From a virus: 64,000 bases of DNA. The translations under genes and the position numbers were made by a program. Each line of letters opens with the position of its first letter. Within the stretch, counting starts at the first letter, position 1. The stretch covers positions 32,001 to 96,000 of IMG/VR virus record IMGVR_UViG_3300021225_000468; one strand, 5' to 3'. Positions 1 through 9,636 of the stretch are shown in pieces. The notes beneath the pieces were generated by a model. That model was not told the DNA's origin. It did not search any database and worked only from the letters and a program-made list of their open reading frames with translations.

Positions 1-281
1 TAATCTTGTAAAGTACTTATCAATGGAAAGGGTATTCTAATAATAAAGTTGTCAGGTATTTCAAATTCTATACCACCAACCTCAGGATTAGCCATCATTA
101 TTAACCAACCAAATGTGGGTGACCCATAGTTGTCTTGTGATACTTTATCTAATCTTGTACGTCCTTTAATATATCTAATGTATTTATCAGTTGATTTTAT
201 AGGTATTTCAATTCCTGGTACAATTCTAAAATTACCATCTTGTTCAAAATATTGATATCTATCAAAATAATTTCTACTCAT
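1..281 (-). CDS. Baseplate wedge protein, gp53/LysM (tail X)-like; partial, runs off window
   Basis: Not in ORF track. Manual translation from ATG at 281: MSRNYFDRYQYF...RLDKVSQDNYGSPTFGWLIMMANP...IRIPFP, matching the RLDxxxxxYGxPxxxWxIxxAN pattern; follows baseplate gene. Confidence 0.7.
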   Translation of the reverse strand, partial: MSRNYFDRYQYFEQDGNFRIVPGIEIPIKSTDKYIRYIKGRTRLDKVSQDNYGSPTFGWLIMMANPEVGGIEFEIPDNFIIRIPFPLISTLQD

Positions 282-282
282 T

Positions 283-3200
283 TCAAAGTTTCAATTTATA
301 AAAGTTTAATTTGTCTTTTACAACTATTGGTGATTTGTTTATTTTTTCTCCATCAATATATATTGCATCAGTTGATGTTACTTCATTCGATGTATCAACT
401 GTAAATGTCAAATTTTTATTTTCAACAATTTCTTTATATTTTTTAAATGTGAATTTTTTTGGTTCCACTAAATTGGTAAAATATTTATCTAAAGATTTTT
501 TCATTTTATTTATTACAGAATCATTGTATATGATTTTATCAGTAAAAATATTTATTATTTGTGATTTTTTATCCTTAAATAATGTTTTTAATATATCAGA
601 TATATCATTAGTTGTAAATGTTGGATTATTAAAATCTATACTACTATCCAAATCTTCATAAAATTTTGTTGAATTTTCTTTGATATAATTTATACCATAC
701 TCATATTCATCATATAATAGATTTTTTGTAAATCCACTTAATGTTACTTCAGTTCCTTTTTTTGTATTTGTTACTTTATCAGAATTAAGTAAAAAGTCTT
801 TCCCGTGTTTTACAATGAAATTGACTTTATCCATAGATTTTATGACCTCATCTCTTGATTCCTCTATTGCAAATATTTGAGAATTATTTGTTATGTCATC
901 AAATATTATAGACAATTCTGTTTCTAAATATTTGTATAAATAATCGTTATCCGTTTTACTTATTAAGTTTGCATCCATGAATTTATCAAAACCAAATATT
1001 GTAGATGGACTTGAATTTTTTAATGTATTGATAAATTGTCTTTTTAATATTTGAGTGTATACAAATAACTCTTTACCTTGAGGATATATTCCAACCAAAT
1101 CAAATGATTCAGATGGTGAAGAAATACTATCTGTAGATGTCCATACATCATATGTTTTAATTATTCTATAAGTGTTTGATAAAATCAAATTACTTATTTT
1201 TTTACCATAAAATGGTACAATTATATTGTACGCAGTCTTATAAATTTCAAAATAATTTTTGATTTTACTATGGACATCTATAATTAATTTTGAATATGTC
1301 AATGAATTATTATCAGTAGAAATATCACCAATATATTTACCGTCTCTCAATTCATTACCCTTATTCGAGTTATCAGGTTCAGGTGTTCTATTATCTCTTT
1401 TTTGTAAGTCTTCTAAAAATTCTTTAGTAAAAGTATTTGCATCTTGACCTCCAATCATAGTATTTGTCGGTATCGACCTTTCATCATAAATTTCTGTATT
1501 TGCATAATAATTTGAAGATAATGCGTTTTGTAATCTTTCAATTGGTTTTTCTAATCCTTGTCCACCCAAAAATGACATTTGTAAAGTAACGGTTGCAATC
1601 ATCGGTTGTAACCCGATTCCTTCAGGATTATAATCCCATGTTGAGTCATCGTATGATATTTGAGCATCTCTAATGACTACCTTAGAATGATAGAAATCAC
1701 CTACACGTAATATACATATTGGTGGTGGACCAAATGTTGTGTTTCTTGCATTCAAATCATTTGTATCACTTACACCTTTTATTGGTAATGTGTCTCCAGG
1801 TCTTAAACATTGATGTATAAATGTTAATCTCGCATTTAATCCTTCAGGAGTTGTTGAATGAAAACCAGGATGAAAATATTTTAATTTTTCTCTTAATGAA
1901 TTAAATATTACTGGCGATGATTCATCTAATCTTTTAAAATAATAACATTCCGATAATGTTTTCATTATGATTCTTTTCATAATGTCTATCGGTGGTTTTT
2001 TTAGTTTAGTCGGAATTTGAGTTGTACCGTCTACAATAATACTTGTTGGTCCAATTACTTGTTGTGTTGCCGCTGTTTCATTTACTATTGGATTTATTTT
2101 ATCTGATTTCACACTATAAGTTATATCTACATCAGATTTTCTACAACTAAATGAAATTGGTGAAATAATACCTAATCTTGGTATTTTTTTAAAATCCCTA
2201 TTAACACAATTAGTATCAAGAGAATTAGACGAATTTCCTGTTGAAGTTTCACCAACATTTTTGATTGAAACAGTTATCACGGTATCATAATCGTATCCAA
2301 AATCTTTTCTCAAAGAATAATCCTCATCAACAGAAGGACTACCAGGTGTGTCTGTCCATCTTATTTTAGGTGGTGTTTTTCCTTGCTTCGTTATTTTTTC
2401 AAATATATCTAATAATATACTATACGACCTTCTTGATGATAATTTTTGATTATAATCTAATTTATCTAAAGACGATGTTGTTGAATATATTTTTATCTTA
2501 ATATTTTCTGCTTTACCTGATTCTAATTTTTCTTTCAATTTAGTTAATTTAGAATCATATTCAGTGTAATTTTTTTCTGCATTTGTAAAATACTCATCTA
2601 ATTTGTTTACTTGATTGGTGATTTTTGAAACATCAACAATTGAATCTTGACCATAAATCTGATTTCTGTCATTTTTAGCTTGAACTAAATCATTACCACT
2701 GAAAACAGAATTTAATTCAGTTAAATCTGATTGTAAATTGTTTTTCCATTCTGTTTTTTTAGAAATATAATTATTATATAAATTACTATATTTTTGAGTA
2801 GCAATTTCACTTGGGTCACCGATTGGTTCTTTATTATCAAAATATAAAGTAATTTTAAGTGGTTCACCAACAGTACTACTACCTTCTTTTAAAGATGTTG
2901 AATTAGTGACAGCGGGAACATTTATATTTGTAACTTCCCCAAAATTAGTTTTTACATTATTTACAACATCGGGTTGTACATTTTTAGAATCATTTAAATA
3001 TTGTTCAATATATTTAATATCTGTTGGGTCTAATGTACTGTATCTTCTAATCAAATCATAGAAATCTAATGTTTCACATCCAGCAAAAAATGCATTAATA
3101 TAATTATCAGCTTCTTCATCTGACATATTTGAGAAGAATTCTCTCGTTAATAAATTCAATATACTTGGGTGGTCCACAACAATTTTGAAACTTAATGTAC

Positions 3201-5082
3201 CACTTCTCGATGTGTTGTTATATGTATATATCGGTTCTGGTCTACCTATAAAAAGATTTTCATCCCATTTTGCACTATTACTTTCTGAAATTTTCAAGTC
3301 ATATGGTGGAAACCACATTACTCTACCTCCATTTGGTCCTCTTTCACAAACAGGTAAATCTAAAACAGTAAAACCAGGTGAATTAGATGTTTTCCATGCT
3401 AAGTTTTCTATTGAAAACATGTACTTTTTTGCATAAAAACTTTTATTGTCTTTGTCTGTACCAAATGGATAGTTTTGAAATATATTAGATGAATTGTCAA
3501 AACTCTTTTTACCATTAGACATAGGGGCAATATTTAAATTCCATGGGTCAGATACTACTGTTCCATCAAATTTTCTATTATTCCCACCTTTCTTCATTGT
3601 GTCAGAATAAGACAAATATGGTCTGTCTTTTGTCCATGTTCTACAATATTCAACACCTGATTCTACTCCTGAAAATTTATCTACGTATTTTATAGATGAA
3701 CCTCTTGATAAAAATTTTTCACCTTCTTTGAATATTCTTGAAGTTTGGTCAATCACATTACCAATATGTGACCTTGCTTCACCACCTTTAGGCATACTAT
3801 CTAACAACTCTTGAGTAAATCCTAAAATAGAATCCTCTCTAAACTCATATTGTGTCGATAAAGATTTTGTCAGATTTGATGATTGTCCATTATATTCTTT
3901 ATTGTTTTCACCTAATTTATTATTTGAATTCGTACTAATCCAAGTCAATTTACCACTAATCTCACCACCATCACCTAATGATTTTATTCTTTCAAATAAT
4001 CTTGCTTGTGTTTCATCAAACATGACACTTAAATAATAGTTACTTCTAACTATATTTCCATTCATGTCTGACATAGAATTTAATACGTTATTTCCTCTAT
4101 CATCACCAATATATGCAACACCTTCAGGTGCTTCTGTACCTAAAAACTCTTTTACCCCTTGTGCTGCTTTTTCAATAAAATTGAATATTTTAGATGTATT
4201 TTGAGACCTCGCAGTCGTAGTATAATTTGGTGCATATTTAGATTTTGATAGTAAATCAAATAATTGTTTTTTCTGACCACTACCACTATATTCAATTAAT
4301 AAATCTGATGGTTTTCTTGTCTCTAAAGGTCTTCTTTGTACACCTAATAAAGATAATAACGCACCTGATGCATCTTGTAATGTTCTACCAACTTCAGTAT
4401 TTGCAGTTTTTCTTCTTTCTGTTTGTCTATTAGGATTTGTCAGATAATCACCAGGAATCTCCGCCCAAGGAAATTCTAATCCTGCAACAGTCTGTACAAA
4501 ATCAATACCTTTACCTACAGGTGTTTTTGCAACAGTAATTGAATTATTAGACTCAACTAAAGGTTCTCTACCTGTTACAATATTAGTTGCTGTCGCTAAA
4601 TTTCCTTGTAACGCATCTAATAATCTAATTCTACCTAATGTAGATTTTAATAAATTTTGTTCAATTCTCGAATATACAGGACCTTTTTGGTTTTTATCAC
4701 GTATATATGATGCTGCGAATTTAAATAACTCAGATTCATTTTCATAATTATCATTACTCATGATACCCACCAAATTATACTGTCCATTTACAAAATAAGG
4801 TGTTCCATCATAATACATAGATAAATTTGCTCTCCTTGGAATTGTATCTAAAATATCCTTAACAAAATATTCTGACGGTTTGAAAACGTTATTTGTTTGT
4901 GGAATAGATAAATCTCTTTGTCTATCTGTATCAACCGCTCCTGGGTCAATATTAGAAAACTGACTTAAATTTTGTAATCTATAATTTTGTGCAGTAAAAG
5001 TTTGTGGTCCATTAGGTGCTTGTAATGTTCTGGATAAAACAAAATCTCTAAACTGTTTAGTTGTATCAAAATCTAATGGCAT
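283..5082 (-). CDS. Large baseplate/tail tube-initiator protein with inserted OmpA-like domain
   Basis: 1599 aa; FPPYDLKISE...GRPEPIYTYNNTSRSGTLSFKIVVD and PPICILRVGDFY..KVVI...ISYD resemble tube-initiator/gp48-54-type folds; central LYFDN...YNQKLSSRR resembles OmpA C-like; follows tape-measure gene. Confidence 0.6.
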   Translation of the reverse strand: MPLDFDTTKQFRDFVLSRTLQAPNGPQTFTAQNYRLQNLSQFSNIDPGAVDTDRQRDLSIPQTNNVFKPSEYFVKDILDTIPRRANLSMYYDGTPYFVNGQYNLVGIMSNDNYENESELFKFAASYIRDKNQKGPVYSRIEQNLLKSTLGRIRLLDALQGNLATATNIVTGREPLVESNNSITVAKTPVGKGIDFVQTVAGLEFPWAEIPGDYLTNPNRQTERRKTANTEVGRTLQDASGALLSLLGVQRRPLETRKPSDLLIEYSGSGQKKQLFDLLSKSKYAPNYTTTARSQNTSKIFNFIEKAAQGVKEFLGTEAPEGVAYIGDDRGNNVLNSMSDMNGNIVRSNYYLSVMFDETQARLFERIKSLGDGGEISGKLTWISTNSNNKLGENNKEYNGQSSNLTKSLSTQYEFREDSILGFTQELLDSMPKGGEARSHIGNVIDQTSRIFKEGEKFLSRGSSIKYVDKFSGVESGVEYCRTWTKDRPYLSYSDTMKKGGNNRKFDGTVVSDPWNLNIAPMSNGKKSFDNSSNIFQNYPFGTDKDNKSFYAKKYMFSIENLAWKTSNSPGFTVLDLPVCERGPNGGRVMWFPPYDLKISESNSAKWDENLFIGRPEPIYTYNNTSRSGTLSFKIVVDHPSILNLLTREFFSNMSDEEADNYINAFFAGCETLDFYDLIRRYSTLDPTDIKYIEQYLNDSKNVQPDVVNNVKTNFGEVTNINVPAVTNSTSLKEGSSTVGEPLKITLYFDNKEPIGDPSEIATQKYSNLYNNYISKKTEWKNNLQSDLTELNSVFSGNDLVQAKNDRNQIYGQDSIVDVSKITNQVNKLDEYFTNAEKNYTEYDSKLTKLKEKLESGKAENIKIKIYSTTSSLDKLDYNQKLSSRRSYSILLDIFEKITKQGKTPPKIRWTDTPGSPSVDEDYSLRKDFGYDYDTVITVSIKNVGETSTGNSSNSLDTNCVNRDFKKIPRLGIISPISFSCRKSDVDITYSVKSDKINPIVNETAATQQVIGPTSIIVDGTTQIPTKLKKPPIDIMKRIIMKTLSECYYFKRLDESSPVIFNSLREKLKYFHPGFHSTTPEGLNARLTFIHQCLRPGDTLPIKGVSDTNDLNARNTTFGPPPICILRVGDFYHSKVVIRDAQISYDDSTWDYNPEGIGLQPMIATVTLQMSFLGGQGLEKPIERLQNALSSNYYANTEIYDERSIPTNTMIGGQDANTFTKEFLEDLQKRDNRTPEPDNSNKGNELRDGKYIGDISTDNNSLTYSKLIIDVHSKIKNYFEIYKTAYNIIVPFYGKKISNLILSNTYRIIKTYDVWTSTDSISSPSESFDLVGIYPQGKELFVYTQILKRQFINTLKNSSPSTIFGFDKFMDANLISKTDNDYLYKYLETELSIIFDDITNNSQIFAIEESRDEVIKSMDKVNFIVKHGKDFLLNSDKVTNTKKGTEVTLSGFTKNLLYDEYEYGINYIKENSTKFYEDLDSSIDFNNPTFTTNDISDILKTLFKDKKSQIINIFTDKIIYNDSVINKMKKSLDKYFTNLVEPKKFTFKKYKEIVENKNLTFTVDTSNEVTSTDAIYIDGEKINKSPIVVKDKLNFYKLKL

Positions 5083-5132
5083 TTATTTGTTTTAATAATA
5101 AATAGAGCAAGAAAAAAAATCAATATCTATAA

Positions 5133-7454
5133 TTATACCTTAGCAGCGGTTTGAGTTGATAAATAACTATTTTCTTCTATAGTTGTCATCTCTTCAAATA
5201 AGTTTGGATTCTTATATAGATATCTTGCAAATGTGTCCATAATAGCAGGGGACTTAACTAAATGTTCATGTTTGTGTGTATGTTCAACAGACAGTTTATT
5301 ATCTTTAGATAATTTTTCACTTAAACTTGCAACATTACCATCTAATCTTGTTAGTGATGTATTTAAAATTTCGTAATTAGTGTTTTTTGACATAATCGGT
5401 TCTAATGACGCGATATTGCCTGTAGATTTATTAGTGTTAATTTGTGATACTATAGAAGTATTTAAATTTAAGAAATTTTTTATGTCTGTATTAATTTCCT
5501 TTAAATAACCATTTGATTGTTTATTTTCAGAAGAAATACTTGCCATTGTCCCACCTAAATTTTTTATCTCTTCATTATATTTTGCGAACCCGTCTAATGA
5601 TGATGGGGTCATTTTATTCAAGGAAGATAAATCAGTATTAGTACTTGTTTTCGGTATTTGTGATTGTGGTGTAGATGTTTTTGGTTCCTGTATACCTTCT
5701 GTAGACTTATTCTGTAAATTTAGAACATCTTTAGCACCATTCGCCCATTTTTCAATTAAACCATAAATCTCTTTTTTCGGGTCAATTTTTTTAAGTTGTT
5801 CATCATCAAAAGTATTAAACTTTTTAGATAATTTACTTACTGCATCAGAAATAGAATCACCTTCTTTTAATTTAACACCCATCATCTTTGCAGCTTCTCT
5901 AACCGCATCGTCAGTAATGTCTCCAATTGCTCTACCACCAATATTTCTCATACGAGCAACAATCATACCCATCATATTTTCAATACGAGTTATACTTGTA
6001 TATTGATTATTGATGACATCCTCTGGTGTTTTTTTACTTATATCGTCTCTATATTTTTTTAATTGTTCAATTTGACTTTGATTCAAATCTTCTAATGCAA
6101 CTGATGTACCTCCAAAAAATTCTTGTAATTCCTTAGAACCACTTAAATCTATAACCATTTGACCATCTTTCATTTTTGCTATATTGGTTATAAATTCTTT
6201 TTCTTCATCACCCACAACTAATCCTGCTCTCATCATTGCAGATGCAGCTGCACTTTTTTCTGCGGTAGCAATTGCACCGTTTGCCAATTCTTGATATGAG
6301 ACACCTAACTGAGAAGCCATTTCTCTTGCATACCTCAAATTGACACCTGTAATTTCAAATCTTTTTTGTTCTGTGTTATATGTTGCTAAATTTCCTGCCG
6401 CTTTAATTAAAGAATCTTGTAACCCTTCAACATTGTTTGTTGCCATATACATTAATTTCAATGGGTCATTGAAATCACCTATAGCACCACCAAGTACTTG
6501 TAAATTCGCAGATAATTCTATAGCACCTTCAGGACTCATTACTTTATCTGCAATCTTGAATACTTCATTCATGGACATCCTGAATTCGGTAGATTTTTGA
6601 ATCATTCTTGACAAACCCGCTACACCATTCTGAAATCCGTACTCATTTAACTTCCCAATATTCTGTGTCAATTCTTTAGTAACAGATTGAGCACGTAACC
6701 CTAAAGATACCGAACTCCTACCCACTTCTTCAATTCCTTTCATTGCGTCAACAGCACCTATACCAATTTTTTCAAATGCAGGAAGTAAGTCTGCCAATTC
6801 CTCAATATTTGTCAAATAAGCAGCACCAATCTTACCCGCCATTTCCCATGTTTCTTCATTCAATGTATAAAAACGACCTGTTTTTACAATCAAATCACCT
6901 GCGGTATTTGCTAATTGTTGGAAACTAATTCCGTATTGTAATAATTTAGGATTAGTATCTGTTAACGTTTTACGATATGCTTCTGCAAATTCAAAATTCA
7001 ATCCTGTATCCTTATTAATTGCAGTTCTTAATGCGGATTGTTCACTATAATAAAGTTCTAATTGTTTAATTGATTGGTCTTTTAATGCGGATAAGAATCC
7101 TCTCGCAACATCACTTGGATTAGTAAAAATAGACAAACCACCGTTAGGTCCTGTCATAATATCTTTTAACGTATTAAAAATACCATTTAAATCAGTTGTT
7201 TCACTTTGTAAATTACCAAATTGAGCGCTACTCCTAAATGGAGAAAAAATATCACCTGTTGATGAAAAGGAAGTAGAAGTCTGTGAAGAATTTCTGGTAG
7301 AATTTTTTTTATTCCACTCTTTATAAACCTCTTTGAAACAATCAGGATTATTGAAGTCGTATCCCTCTGCTTTACATGCATTAAGATAATCCGTTTCATT
7401 TGTATAACGGGTCACTAATATCGAAGCTTTAATTCCTGTACCTGTACATGCCAT
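5133..7454 (-). CDS. Tape measure-like protein
   Basis: 773 aa, helical Ala/Gly/Leu-rich; position after tube and chaperone genes, before baseplate. Confidence 0.65.
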   Translation of the reverse strand: MACTGTGIKASILVTRYTNETDYLNACKAEGYDFNNPDCFKEVYKEWNKKNSTRNSSQTSTSFSSTGDIFSPFRSSAQFGNLQSETTDLNGIFNTLKDIMTGPNGGLSIFTNPSDVARGFLSALKDQSIKQLELYYSEQSALRTAINKDTGLNFEFAEAYRKTLTDTNPKLLQYGISFQQLANTAGDLIVKTGRFYTLNEETWEMAGKIGAAYLTNIEELADLLPAFEKIGIGAVDAMKGIEEVGRSSVSLGLRAQSVTKELTQNIGKLNEYGFQNGVAGLSRMIQKSTEFRMSMNEVFKIADKVMSPEGAIELSANLQVLGGAIGDFNDPLKLMYMATNNVEGLQDSLIKAAGNLATYNTEQKRFEITGVNLRYAREMASQLGVSYQELANGAIATAEKSAAASAMMRAGLVVGDEEKEFITNIAKMKDGQMVIDLSGSKELQEFFGGTSVALEDLNQSQIEQLKKYRDDISKKTPEDVINNQYTSITRIENMMGMIVARMRNIGGRAIGDITDDAVREAAKMMGVKLKEGDSISDAVSKLSKKFNTFDDEQLKKIDPKKEIYGLIEKWANGAKDVLNLQNKSTEGIQEPKTSTPQSQIPKTSTNTDLSSLNKMTPSSLDGFAKYNEEIKNLGGTMASISSENKQSNGYLKEINTDIKNFLNLNTSIVSQINTNKSTGNIASLEPIMSKNTNYEILNTSLTRLDGNVASLSEKLSKDNKLSVEHTHKHEHLVKSPAIMDTFARYLYKNPNLFEEMTTIEENSYLSTQTAAKV

Positions 7455-7470
7455 ACAAATAAATACAATA

Positions 7471-7620
7471 TTAATTATTTTCTAACTCAAGTATATACTC
7501 AATATAGTATCTCCTGATATAGATTGGCATACTCATTACATCACCATATGTAAACCCTCTTTTAACGAGAAATAAAATTTCAGATAACTGATTTTTCTTA
7601 TACTCCGTAGAAAACGCGAA
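7471..7620 (-). CDS. Tail chaperone C-terminal extension (gpGT/gp51-like), probably reached by frameshift
   Basis: Unannotated frame FAFSTEYKKNQLSEILFLVKRGFTYGDVMSMPIYIRRYYIEYILELENN*; overlaps 3' end of upstream chaperone; no ATG near its 5' end. Confidence 0.7.
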   Translation of the reverse strand, partial: FAFSTEYKKNQLSEILFLVKRGFTYGDVMSMPIYIRRYYIEYILELENN

Positions 7621-8347
7621 AAAATTCAACCCCAAAGCCGATTACAAATTCGACTTCTTCTCCTGATGGGGCGATTGTTTTTCTTCTCAAATTTAGTCCA
7701 GGTTTATTATCATTAATAAATTTTCTAAAACTTTGAGAATCTGTTATGGGTAAATTCTGAATGAAATTTCTAATATTCATTTGGTCTCTTACACCAGCAA
7801 CACTTTTAATCATCATCTCCATCCTTTTAGTAACTGTTGGAGGAATATCAGGACCATTCCAATTTTTTGTCATATCATCAAGTTCTTTTTCTTGTTTTTT
7901 ATTCAAAAACTTGAATGTTATGTCAATATTAGATTTTGGCATTACGTATTTATATTCTCCGTTTGAATCTGCAATTAAATTAAAATCCTTTAATTCCAAA
8001 TTACTTAAATCAATTACATGTTCAAAATCTAATTCTGTTTTTGGGTCAACTAATTTTATTTTATATTCACTTCCAAAAGCAGTATTTCTTAAAAATATTA
8101 AAATACTTTCTTTGTCCTCATCAACAATATCTTCAAAATTAATATCCCTATCTAATATTTTTCTTCTTAAAAGTTCTTCAATAATTGAATTATTATTCAT
8201 TAAATTAGGTGCAGACAATACATTTTCATCCGCTGCAGTTAAATAAGCAACTCTCACTGATTTTTTACCATTTGTATAGTGTATTCCTCTACTTGGTAAT
8301 TCAACTACATCATACGCAATTGTTGGGTCTATCCTTAATTCTTCCAT
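7598..8347 (-). CDS. Tail assembly chaperone / baseplate hub assembly protein (gp26-like)
   Basis: VELPSRG..Y, YLTAADENVL, ILIFLRNTAFGSEY, C-terminal GFGVEFF; between tube and tape-measure genes. Confidence 0.7.
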   Translation of the reverse strand: MEELRIDPTIAYDVVELPSRGIHYTNGKKSVRVAYLTAADENVLSAPNLMNNNSIIEELLRRKILDRDINFEDIVDEDKESILIFLRNTAFGSEYKIKLVDPKTELDFEHVIDLSNLELKDFNLIADSNGEYKYVMPKSNIDITFKFLNKKQEKELDDMTKNWNGPDIPPTVTKRMEMMIKSVAGVRDQMNIRNFIQNLPITDSQSFRKFINDNKPGLNLRRKTIAPSGEEVEFVIGFGVEFFRVFYGV

Positions 8348-8353
8348 ATTATT

Positions 8354-8773
8354 TTATTTTTTAATTGTTTTTTCTACTTCCTTATTAACTTCACTATATA
8401 ATGTCATAGATTCGGCATCAGCAATGATTTTTATATCATTCATTTGTAACTCACTATTAGCATAAGACTGTTTTCTACTAAAATTAATACCTTTGACTTT
8501 GAATCTTAAACCACTTATCGCATCACCAACAGGGTCTAAATATTTTATTACAACATCTGTGATATCAAAAATACTTTTAGGATTGAATGAATAAATACAT
8601 GTTTCATAGAATCTTGTTATAAAAATGATATCAGTACCTTCATTATATAATGAATACTCCTTGAATGAATACGAAGGAATGTCACTACCTATTAATTCAA
8701 TAATATACCTGTTTTCCATTAATGGTTCAATTAATATACCAGAACGCATTATATCAATGTCTTTATTTTCCAT
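8354..8773 (-). CDS. Divergent tail tube paralog
   Basis: EPLMENRYII, KYLDPVGD, YANSEL align by eye with EPKRKNRFIL, EMLDPTGV, YSQDEL of the adjacent tube protein. Confidence 0.6.
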   Translation of the reverse strand: MENKDIDIMRSGILIEPLMENRYIIELIGSDIPSYSFKEYSLYNEGTDIIFITRFYETCIYSFNPKSIFDITDVVIKYLDPVGDAISGLRFKVKGINFSRKQSYANSELQMNDIKIIADAESMTLYSEVNKEVEKTIKK

Positions 8774-8790
8774 AATATTTTATTTAAAAT

Positions 8791-8820
8791 AAAAAATCCC
8801 ATATATAATATATGGGATTT
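8791..8820 (-). terminator. Intrinsic terminator after tail tube gene
   Basis: AAATCCCATATAT-A-ATATATGGGATTT hairpin followed by T-run on minus strand. Confidence 0.7.
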
Positions 8821-8844
8821 AATATTAATTGTAAATAGATAGCA

Positions 8845-9333
8845 CTAGTAAACCTGAATACAACGGTCCATACGAAGAGATGCATCAATAGTTGCTAATT
8901 CATCTTGACTATAGTTCAAATCACCAAAGTTCAAGTTAGTTAAGAAACAACCTTGAAGAATCCATTTTTCAACTACAACACCTGTTGGGTCAAGCATTTC
9001 AAGTTCAACATCTTTCTTGTATCCCGCAGCATAACCCATTCTACCTGTTACTGATTCTGCATGTAAACGGAACCATTCCATTAACGCTTGAGATGCAGAA
9101 GGACCAATAGGGTCTTTGAACTGTACTTTTATTTCTTCCCAATCAAATCTACCAGCAACATACGTTGATGTATTTAAGAAAGGAATTTCAACTGATTTTA
9201 TTTTTGCAGTTGGTCTTGATGTTGAAAACACATACCACTCATTTATACCAAGAGAAGAAGGGAATCTTAATATAAATCTATTCTTCCTTTTTGGTTCATA
9301 TGGAAGAGGCATTTTCATTAGTAAATCGGCCAT
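8845..9333 (-). CDS. Tail tube protein (T4 gp19-like)
   Basis: EPKRKNRF, YVAGRFDWEEI..FKDPI, LDPTGVVVEKWILQGCF, FGDLNY; directly downstream of sheath. Confidence 0.9.
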   Translation of the reverse strand: MADLLMKMPLPYEPKRKNRFILRFPSSLGINEWYVFSTSRPTAKIKSVEIPFLNTSTYVAGRFDWEEIKVQFKDPIGPSASQALMEWFRLHAESVTGRMGYAAGYKKDVELEMLDPTGVVVEKWILQGCFLTNLNFGDLNYSQDELATIDASLRMDRCIQVY

Positions 9334-9371
9334 GTTGTATTAATTTTAGTAATTTCTATTATTTATTTTAT

Positions 9372-9379
9372 TATAAATA
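9372..9379 (-). promoter_or_regulatory. Putative late promoter TATTTATA (tail tube)
   Basis: Same sense-strand motif recurs upstream of about 20 late genes in this window. Confidence 0.6.
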
Positions 9380-9572
9380 TCTGATTAATAAAAAAAATTT
9401 CAAATACTTATCAAGTACTTGATTTTGTCAATTTTTTTTTGTATTTTTTAAATACCCAGTATCCAGAACTAGAATAATAAATTAATAAATAAGTAAATAA
9501 TTATTTAATTAATTAAATAATAAAAATAATAATACTAGCACTAGTATACTGGGTGAAATGTTATATCGTTAT

Positions 9573-9588
9573 TGTTCCATGTGAAACA
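9573..9588. promoter_or_regulatory. parS-like site TGTTCCATGTGAAACA
   Basis: 15/16 match to bacterial parS TGTTCCACGTGAAACA; intergenic. Confidence 0.55.
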
Positions 9589-9589
9589 T

Positions 9590-9624
9590 AAAAAAAGGGA
9601 GGTAATAACCTCCCTTTTTTATTT
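9590..9624. terminator. Intrinsic terminator downstream of sheath gene
   Basis: AAAAAAGGGAGGT-AATA-ACCTCCCTTTTTT. Confidence 0.85.
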
Positions 9625-9636
9625 AGTAATCAAAGA

